Part shown: piece by piece, positions 42,821 through 49,632 of the stretch | How the letters are laid out: each line of letters opens with the position of its first letter | Numbering within the stretch: position 1 is the stretch's first letter | IMG/VR virus record: IMGVR_UViG_3300017700_000437 | Location: 1-49,632 of that record | Strand: one strand, 5' to 3' | Source of the DNA: a virus | Lineage: Duplodnaviria > Caudoviricetes | DNA length: 49,632 nucleotides | The notes under the pieces: model-generated | What the model saw: the letters and a program-made list of their open reading frames with translations, nothing else | Told to the model about the DNA's origin: nothing | Databases searched by the model: none | Translations under genes and position numbers: made by a program

Positions 42821-45624
42821 GCGACCTTGTAATCCAAGCCAGCTTCAACTCCGGTGAGTGGTCCCCGAAGCTCTTCGCGCGGGTCGACCTCCAGAAGTAC
42901 AAATCCGGCGCAGCACTCCTTGAGAACTGGTTCGTCGACTATCGCGGCGGCGCCAGCACCCGCCCCGGCACGAAGTATATTCTTCAATGCTACAAGTCCG
43001 CCACGGCCGTCCGCCTCATCCCCTTCCAAGCCAGCTTCTCCGTCGGCTATGTTCTCGAATTCGGTGACGAATACATCCGCTTCTTCTTCGATGGCGCCCC
43101 TGTCCTTGAGACCGCCGAGACCATAACCTCCGCGGTCGTTGGCTCCCCAACTGTGTTCACAGCCGCGGCCCATGGCTACCTCGATGACGACTGGATATTC
43201 GTCGAGAACAAATACTACATTGTGCAGAACGCCACAGTGAACACCTTTACCCTCACCGACCTATTCGGCAATGCGATTAACACCAATCCGTTTACCTTCC
43301 CGGCATCTGCTCAGCGTATATACACCATCGCGTCGCCTTATGCTTCCGCAGACCTGCGGCTAATCAAATTCGCTCAGAACGTCAACGAATTAATCCTCTG
43401 CCACCCCGACTACGAACCGCATGTTTTAACCCTCATCTCCGCCACGAATTGGTCCATTCTTCCCATTACCTTTGGCACCACGGCCACAGCGCCCGGTAGC
43501 CTTACTGCGTCAACCTCACTTGCAGCGGGCTCAGTATTTTATTCTTATCAAATCACCTCCATCGATGCCAATGGTCAAGAATCTATAGCAGCTACTTATC
43601 CTGGCCCCACGGCCTTGCAAGATATTCGCGCTGTTGCCGGAACTATCACCTTATCATGGGCGGCAGTTGCTGGGGCTGTGAGTTACAACGTCTATAAGGC
43701 CAACGTCAACTACAATGGTGTTGTAGTCGCCGGTGCTATTCACGGCTATATTGGTGCATGCACTGGGGTGTCATTTACCGATGACAACATCGCGCCGGAC
43801 TTCTCAACCACGCCACCAGTAGCACGGAATCCATTCGAAGGTTCTGGGGTGTCCTCAGTCACCGTGACTGCCGCAGGCACTTACACTTCAGTACCAACAG
43901 TTACCTTCACTGGCGCTGCCAGCACCATTGCCGCTTCGGCCACTGTGGTGCTTCAAGTCAATGCCATCCCCACTGTAGCCGCAGGCGGTGCTGGCTACGC
44001 CCCCGATGACAGCGTCAGTTTCACGAATGGTGTTGTTCTTATAGTCGACACCGTAAGCGCTGGAGCCGTAACTGCATGGAAGAATCCTTTAGCTGGCTTC
44101 GGCAGTGTAGGCTCAGTAACTTCAGGCTCTACTCCAGCAAATTCACTGATACAACTCTCCACAAGCGGTGGTGGAACTGGTGCACAAGCGAATTGCACTT
44201 GGGGTGTGGGCCTTATACAGGTGCTCAACCCAGGCGCTGGCTATGTAGCTATACCTACTGTCACCTTTAGTTCCGGCGCCGCCACGGCAACCGCAGTGCT
44301 TTCAGCGACCTCGAATGGCTACCCCTCTGTACCGGGGTTCTTCCAACAACGCTTGGTGCTCGCGGCCCCAACCGGATCTCCACAAACTTTCTACATGTCC
44401 CAGCCCGGGAAGTACTTTAACTACAACACCTCCACGATTACGCAGGCCAGCGATGCGATCACCGGCACCTTGGTCTCTGGCCAACTCAATACCATTCGCG
44501 ATATGATCTCGCAGCCCTCAGGCCTATTGATGCTCACCGATCGCAATTCGTGGATCATCAATGGCGGATCGCAGGGTTCCGCGGTGACTCCATTCGCCAT
44601 TGTCGCCAATGCTCAATCCTTCAATGGCATTAGCAACGTCCCGCTGATCGTGGCGAATTTTGATGTCCTCTATGTCCAAGCCAAGGGCTCCATCGTCCGC
44701 GACAGCACGTACAACATCTATTCCAACGTCTACACCGGTGCGGATATCTCCGCGATTGCCTCGCACCTATTCTATGGCTACACCGTCGACGAATGGGCAT
44801 GGGCCGAGGAGCCCTTCAAACTGGCCTGGGCCGTACGCAGTGACGGCGCTGCCTTGGCTTTGACCTTCCTCAAGGAGCAAGAATTCATTGGCTGGACCCA
44901 TTCGATCACAACGAATGGGGCATTCGAATCTGTTGCTACCGTTGTTGAATCTACGATTAATGCTGGTGAGGTCGATGCTGTCTATTGGGTCGTCGAGCGT
45001 GAGATCAATGGCGATACCGTCAAGTACATCGAACGCTTTGCTGAGCGTGTGTTTGCCAATGGCGTTGAGGATGCTTGGTGCGTTGATTGCGGCCTCAACT
45101 ACAACGGAGTCCCTGCGACCAACTTCTCCGGCGCTGAATTCCTCGCGGGTGAAACTGTAACTGGCCTTGCCGATGGCGTCGTCATTCCTCCATTCGTAAT
45201 GGCCACCGATGGCAACTTCACCCTTGCCACCGCAGCCAGCAAGGTCATCATTGGCCTCGGCTTCACCGCCAAGTTGCAGACTCTCCCCCTCGACATGGGC
45301 GACCCCACAATCCAAGGCAAGGTGAAGAAGATCAACGATGTCACGGCCCGCGTTGCTGATACCCTCGGCCTTAAGATCGGCGGTGAATTCACAAACCTAA
45401 CCACGATGAAAGATCTCGTCCTCGGCAACGTCTCCTCAATGCTTGTGGGCCAAAACTCCCAGCGCGTCACAGACCTAGTCACCGGCGACGCTCGTACCAT
45501 CCTCGACCCACGCTTCACGGTCCCGGGGCAGTACTGCCTCCAGCAAGACCTCCCCTTCCCTGCCACGGTGCTTGGCCTTATCTCCAGCTACACCCTTGGC
45601 GACACAGGACGTGCCCCGCGATGA
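42817..45624 (+). CDS. Tail tubular protein B / nozzle (T7 gp12, P22 gp10-like) with inserted domains
   Basis: SFNSGEWSP.L..RVDL..Y, GGASTRPGT, RLIPF..YVLEFG..YIRF, FFQQRL, VDCG. Confidence 0.85.
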   Translation: MSDLVIQASFNSGEWSPKLFARVDLQKYKSGAALLENWFVDYRGGASTRPGTKYILQCYKSATAVRLIPFQASFSVGYVLEFGDEYIRFFFDGAPVLETAETITSAVVGSPTVFTAAAHGYLDDDWIFVENKYYIVQNATVNTFTLTDLFGNAINTNPFTFPASAQRIYTIASPYASADLRLIKFAQNVNELILCHPDYEPHVLTLISATNWSILPITFGTTATAPGSLTASTSLAAGSVFYSYQITSIDANGQESIAATYPGPTALQDIRAVAGTITLSWAAVAGAVSYNVYKANVNYNGVVVAGAIHGYIGACTGVSFTDDNIAPDFSTTPPVARNPFEGSGVSSVTVTAAGTYTSVPTVTFTGAASTIAASATVVLQVNAIPTVAAGGAGYAPDDSVSFTNGVVLIVDTVSAGAVTAWKNPLAGFGSVGSVTSGSTPANSLIQLSTSGGGTGAQANCTWGVGLIQVLNPGAGYVAIPTVTFSSGAATATAVLSATSNGYPSVPGFFQQRLVLAAPTGSPQTFYMSQPGKYFNYNTSTITQASDAITGTLVSGQLNTIRDMISQPSGLLMLTDRNSWIINGGSQGSAVTPFAIVANAQSFNGISNVPLIVANFDVLYVQAKGSIVRDSTYNIYSNVYTGADISAIASHLFYGYTVDEWAWAEEPFKLAWAVRSDGAALALTFLKEQEFIGWTHSITTNGAFESVATVVESTINAGEVDAVYWVVEREINGDTVKYIERFAERVFANGVEDAWCVDCGLNYNGVPATNFSGAEFLAGETVTGLADGVVIPPFVMATDGNFTLATAASKVIIGLGFTAKLQTLPLDMGDPTIQGKVKKINDVTARVADTLGLKIGGEFTNLTTMKDLVLGNVSSMLVGQNSQRVTDLVTGDARTILDPRFTVPGQYCLQQDLPFPATVLGLISSYTLGDTGRAPR

Positions 45625-46079
45625 CCGCAAGCATAATCCGCATCGACGGCGCTGAGGCATACGACTTGATTTTCACTGAGCACCTATCAATGCTAACTCC
45701 AATCGAACAGGACACAATGCAGCGATCGCTGCGCAACTCCTCGCGAGTGTGGATGGGCATGGACGACGATAAGATCATCGCGATGTGGGGGCTCATAGCC
45801 CCCACACTAATGAGCGATATGGCCTATCTATGGATGTACCACACCAAGCACTTGCACGGCCATACCTTCATGTTCATCCGCCATTCCCAACGTGCCGTGC
45901 AAGAGATGCTTGAGGACTACCCCACCATCATCGGCCATGCCGCGCTTCGCAACCAGCGCTCCCGTCAGTGGCTCACTTGGCTCGGCGCTGAGTTCGGTGA
46001 ACCCATCAACGACAAAGTCATCCCCTTCACAATCAAGGCATCACCCCAATGGCAGCAGGATTCGGTGCAGTCGGCCTAG
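45621..46079 (+). CDS. T7 gp13-like / GNAT-fold virion assembly protein
   Basis: AMWG, YLWM, N..S.QWL.WLGAEF; located after the nozzle gene. Confidence 0.7.
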   Translation: MTASIIRIDGAEAYDLIFTEHLSMLTPIEQDTMQRSLRNSSRVWMGMDDDKIIAMWGLIAPTLMSDMAYLWMYHTKHLHGHTFMFIRHSQRAVQEMLEDYPTIIGHAALRNQRSRQWLTWLGAEFGEPINDKVIPFTIKASPQWQQDSVQSA

Positions 46080-46582
46080 GCGCCACCCTCGCTGGTGGGT
46101 TGCTCTCTGCTTATGGCGCGCAGAAGGAAGGCGCGGCTACGCAGTCGATGTATAACTACAAGGCACAGGTCGCGAAGATCAACGCCGATATCAATCGGCA
46201 GAACGCTGCGTGGGCCCTCAATCGTGGCGAGAAGGAGGCCGAACAATACGGCATGAAGGCCGCGCAACAGCGTGGACAAATCCGGGCCAATCAGGGTGCT
46301 TCGGGCCTTGACGTTAACTCCGGCTCGGCCAAGGAGGTGCAGCAATCGCAGGAGAAGATCAAAGACATGGACCTCAGCGCCATCCGCGAGAATGCCGCGA
46401 AGGTGGCGTATGACTACGAAACCAAGGCCTATATGGATGAGAACCAAGCCACACTCGACACTATGGCTGGAAGCTATGCCAAGGAGGCCGGTAACATTAA
46501 AGCCATTGGTTCCATCCTCGGCACCGCCTCGACAGTGTCGTCCAAGTGGCAGCAGGGTTCCTCCATTGGGTTGTGGAGCTAA
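46049..46582 (+). CDS. Internal virion/ejection protein (T7 gp14-like)
   Basis: Gly/Ala-rich N-terminus; GQ.RA..GASG.DVNSGS motif. Confidence 0.75.
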   Translation: MAAGFGAVGLGATLAGGLLSAYGAQKEGAATQSMYNYKAQVAKINADINRQNAAWALNRGEKEAEQYGMKAAQQRGQIRANQGASGLDVNSGSAKEVQQSQEKIKDMDLSAIRENAAKVAYDYETKAYMDENQATLDTMAGSYAKEAGNIKAIGSILGTASTVSSKWQQGSSIGLWS

Positions 46583-46585
46583 TCA

Positions 46586-48751
46586 ATGCCTCAGGTCCCC
46601 TACTCTGGTGTAACTTCAGTCGTTGGTGGTGGCAGTGCTCCGCAATCTCGCTTCCAGGCCAATGTCTCCGCGGAGACCTTCGGCGGTAGTGTCGGCGCAG
46701 CCCTTGACTCCCTTGGTGGTCAACTCCAGCGCAGTGGCAACGAACTCTTCGAGCGTGGCGTCGCGATGCAGACGCTGTACAACCATAGCGAAGCCCAAGA
46801 GGCTGATGCCCGCTACACCGAAGAAGCCGGGAAACTCCACGCCGATTACAACTCCCTTCAAGGCAAGGCCGCAGTTGATGCGTATCCGTCTTACATCGAC
46901 AACCTTAAGAAAACTCGACAATCGATCCGTGATGGCCTCAGCAATGAGACCTCGCAGAAGCTATTTGAGTCTGCCTCGAATGGTACAATGGGGCGATCGA
47001 TATTCAACGGTGCAGGTCACGCCGCTGGCGAGAACAAGAAATATGCTCTTGGTGCCAGTGGCGCGCGGGTTAGTGCCATTGGTAGTCAGACCCTAAGCTT
47101 CCCTGAGGATGACCGAAGCTTCCTGAAGGGGATGGAGACGACTGAGGCCGAGGTCCGGTCCCAGGCGCAACTGCTCGGGCTCTCGCCTGAGGCCACCGCT
47201 GAAGCCGTGTCGATGCAGAAGTCCAAGCTCTGGGGCGAGCGGGTCAAGGGCATGGCCAAGCAGGACCCCATGCTTGCTGGGAAGTGGCTCGAGGATGGCA
47301 TCAAGAAGGGCGACATCCGCGGTGAGGATATCGGGAAGCTCTCGTCGATTGTGCAGCAACAGCGGAACACCGTCGGCGCTCGGATGATCTCGCAGCAGGT
47401 CATGAAAGGCGAGGGGACCAAGATCGGGCAATCGATTGTTCCCATTGAACAGGCCCAAGAAGCTATCGGCCAATTCGAGAGTGGCGGCCGCTATAACCTT
47501 GAAGGCCCTGAGGTCTTTGACAAGAAGACTGGGCGCTCACGTGGACGTGCCCTTGGCAAGTATCAAGTGATGCCTGAGAACCTCCCTGAGTGGCTGGGTG
47601 AGGCTGGGATGAAACCCATGACCAAGGAGGAGTTCCTACGCTCTCCAACGGCGCAGGACCAACTCTTCAATTTCAAGTTCGGCCAATTCATGAAGAAGCA
47701 TGGGAGCTTCAATGAAGCCGCTTCGGTTTGGTTCACTGGACAGCCGATGGCTAAGGCAGGCAATGTTACTGATGCTCAGCCGGGATATAAAGGCACTTCG
47801 GCTCCAGCATACATCGCGGGTACTTCAGCGATCTTGGCGCGGAATGCCCCGCTATCGCAGAAGGTTGCTGAAGGGCAGCGCCTTGCTTCGACTGCCGCGC
47901 CGGATGATCCACTGTTTCCTGACTATGTCGAGATGCGAATCAAGACCGACAATGATCGGCAGATTGCCATTAAGCGTGACACCGAGTTCCAGAACAAGCA
48001 GGTGGTTGAGGACGCCCTGATGGGCGGTAAGGATGGCAAACTCCCTACCACGGTTGAGGAACTCACCAACACCCCAGAGAAGGCGCAGGCATGGCAGGAT
48101 ATGCTCCCTGCGAATCAACGCCGCTACATGGGAGTCCTCTCACGCAATGCCAAAGGCGACACAAATTGGACCGACACTTCGCTGCGTGAATATCAAAAGC
48201 TCAAGGGCGCCGCGATGGCGGACCCGGCGTCATTCCTCGACATGGATGTGGTGAGCACTGATCTTCCGAACTCGGCGAAGCGGGAGTTGATCAATCTCCA
48301 AGGTCGGCTCAAGGGCAAAGCCGAAGGCGACCCCCGTGTCGCACGTGCTCTTGGTATCCTCTCCCCCGACCTTGTCGCCGCAGGGATCGACAAGCGGGAC
48401 AAGGAGCAGTTCCACCAATTCACCGGCGCGCTCTCGGACCAACTTCAGCAATTCGCCGAGGAGAACAAGCGGCCGCCGAAGATTGAGGAAGTGCAACTCC
48501 TCGGGCGACGCCTGTTGCAAACGCAAACTCAACCCGGCTGGCTGTGGAACTCCAAAACCCCAACCTTTCAGGTCCCGGTCCCGACTGAAGAATCCGAGAA
48601 GATTAAGGCTTCTGGCGAATGGTCTAAGATGTCGATCACTCCCACACCGGAGCAAATCCAGCGCATCTACACCCGAGCGTTGTACCAGAAGCTCTACGGT
48701 GGCACAACGGCCAAGGACGCAGCGGCACCTAAGCCCCCGGTATCACAATGA
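46586..48751 (+). CDS. Internal virion/ejection protein with lytic transglycosylase-like domain
   Basis: MPQVP start; IGQFESGGRYN...ALGKYQVMP...AASVWFTG. Confidence 0.75.
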   Translation: MPQVPYSGVTSVVGGGSAPQSRFQANVSAETFGGSVGAALDSLGGQLQRSGNELFERGVAMQTLYNHSEAQEADARYTEEAGKLHADYNSLQGKAAVDAYPSYIDNLKKTRQSIRDGLSNETSQKLFESASNGTMGRSIFNGAGHAAGENKKYALGASGARVSAIGSQTLSFPEDDRSFLKGMETTEAEVRSQAQLLGLSPEATAEAVSMQKSKLWGERVKGMAKQDPMLAGKWLEDGIKKGDIRGEDIGKLSSIVQQQRNTVGARMISQQVMKGEGTKIGQSIVPIEQAQEAIGQFESGGRYNLEGPEVFDKKTGRSRGRALGKYQVMPENLPEWLGEAGMKPMTKEEFLRSPTAQDQLFNFKFGQFMKKHGSFNEAASVWFTGQPMAKAGNVTDAQPGYKGTSAPAYIAGTSAILARNAPLSQKVAEGQRLASTAAPDDPLFPDYVEMRIKTDNDRQIAIKRDTEFQNKQVVEDALMGGKDGKLPTTVEELTNTPEKAQAWQDMLPANQRRYMGVLSRNAKGDTNWTDTSLREYQKLKGAAMADPASFLDMDVVSTDLPNSAKRELINLQGRLKGKAEGDPRVARALGILSPDLVAAGIDKRDKEQFHQFTGALSDQLQQFAEENKRPPKIEEVQLLGRRLLQTQTQPGWLWNSKTPTFQVPVPTEESEKIKASGEWSKMSITPTPEQIQRIYTRALYQKLYGGTTAKDAAAPKPPVSQ

Positions 48752-49632
48752 GCGAATATGACAACTTAATCCGCCAGAGCTTTGGCAACGCCAATCCTGC
48801 CCTCCCACAGACCGTTGGCAACATCGATGAGGACCCGGATAAGGCAGCCCGATCAATGGAGCTTGCTAAGCTCACTGGCACTCCGGCCACCGCAATCTTC
48901 GGCGATCTCGAAGAGTTCGAGCGCAACAACAAGGCCCAAATGGCCTCAGCCATCGTCCGCGGCAACACCCATATCTCCGATTGGGTGCAATCCAATCCGC
49001 TGAACTCCGTCATCGCCAATGACGACTATGGCAACCTCGACACCGTGTCGGCGAAGACATCGCTCCTTGACCTCCCGATGAAGGTCCTCCGTGCACCTGA
49101 GGCTCTGGGGAATTTGATGTTCCCCGGCGATCCGCTAGAACGCTTCAAGGAAGGTGGGCCCCTTGGTTCGTGGATCAAGGACGCTGATCTTAAGAATTAT
49201 CCCTTTGCCTCGGCGGTCGCTGCTGGACTTGGCACCCCGGTAGAGTTATTACTTCGTGGACTCAGCGGCGGCCAAAACCTTGTCGCAGATGCTGCGACAA
49301 ACCTGACTGGCGCAATGGGCGCCCCCGGTCTTGGCCGCGACCTTGGCGCCATGGTGCAATCCGCTGGGATGACTGGCCGCACCGGCTTGATCGAACATCC
49401 AGTCTTCAAGGCCGCGGATCAATACTTCGGCGGCCGAACCTATCTTGAGAACGGCCGTGAACCGCTTCCAACAGTTCTCCCCGAGTACGATGCGTTCCGT
49501 GCCGAACGCAATGCCGCGGATGTCGAGTCCCTGGCAGAAGTGGTCGCTGATGCACAGCAATCGTTGGTACGCGAGCGTAATCCTGATCTGTTCCGGGATT
49601 TTATTGCTCGGCATACTGACGCTGAGATTGGG
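48748..49632 (+). CDS. Large internal virion protein, 5' part (continues at 1-4923)
   Basis: ATGA-coupled start MSEYDNLIRQ. The frame is open to the window end, and 49510 is in frame with base 1. Confidence 0.85.
   Translation, partial: MSEYDNLIRQSFGNANPALPQTVGNIDEDPDKAARSMELAKLTGTPATAIFGDLEEFERNNKAQMASAIVRGNTHISDWVQSNPLNSVIANDDYGNLDTVSAKTSLLDLPMKVLRAPEALGNLMFPGDPLERFKEGGPLGSWIKDADLKNYPFASAVAAGLGTPVELLLRGLSGGQNLVADAATNLTGAMGAPGLGRDLGAMVQSAGMTGRTGLIEHPVFKAADQYFGGRTYLENGREPLPTVLPEYDAFRAERNAADVESLAEVVADAQQSLVRERNPDLFRDFIARHTDAEIG
49510..49632. repeat. Terminal direct repeat, right copy
   Basis: Identical to bases 1-123. Confidence 0.95.

Noticed and set aside
49510-49632. 123-bp terminal repeat as the physical terminal repeat of the virion DNA
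   Set aside because: It falls in the middle of a continuous essential ORF, as expected for a circular assembly overlap. Real ends cannot be read from it.
1-49632. Integrase, repressor, tRNA genes or an alternative genetic code
   Set aside because: None was recognised. Genes tile tightly under the standard code using all three stop codons. A divergent tRNA or regulator could have been missed by eye.

Overview
The window is very likely one complete, circularly assembled tailed dsDNA phage genome of about 49,509 bp: bases 1-123 are repeated exactly at 49510-49632, and one ORF runs through the join. The plus-strand arm (~26.6 kb through the join to ~7.0 kb) is a podovirus morphogenesis module of the BPP-1/epsilon15 type. 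In order it carries a GIY-YIG nuclease, TerS, TerL, portal, a Bbp19-like protein, scaffold, major capsid protein, a Bbp16-like cement protein, fibre/decoration genes, tail tubular proteins A and B, ejection proteins (one of ~1,894 aa) and a lysis cassette. The minus-strand arm (~26.1 kb down to 7.0 kb) holds small early genes, a UvrD-like helicase, a Sak4/SSB/exonuclease recombination module, a two-piece family A DNA polymerase and a DUF3987-like ATPase. I saw no integrase, repressor, RNA polymerase, primase, tRNA or CRISPR array. Several clear sigma70-type promoters are present. The lipoproteins and signal peptides suggest a Gram-negative host, possibly an alphaproteobacterium (inference). 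The most notable signals are: (1) five genes in the virion module encode Sec signal peptides cleaved before Gln and mostly carry paired Cys; (2) the polymerase is split inside its proofreading domain, fused to a UDG domain, and has His at position 762; (3) the early and divergent region at 23.7-26.4 kb is heavily structured and motif-rich; (4) candidate anti-defence genes sit among the replication genes; (5) many proteins share a C-terminal RR-hydrophobic ending, which Shine-Dalgarno overlap only partly explains. All family assignments come from reading motifs by eye, not from database searches.
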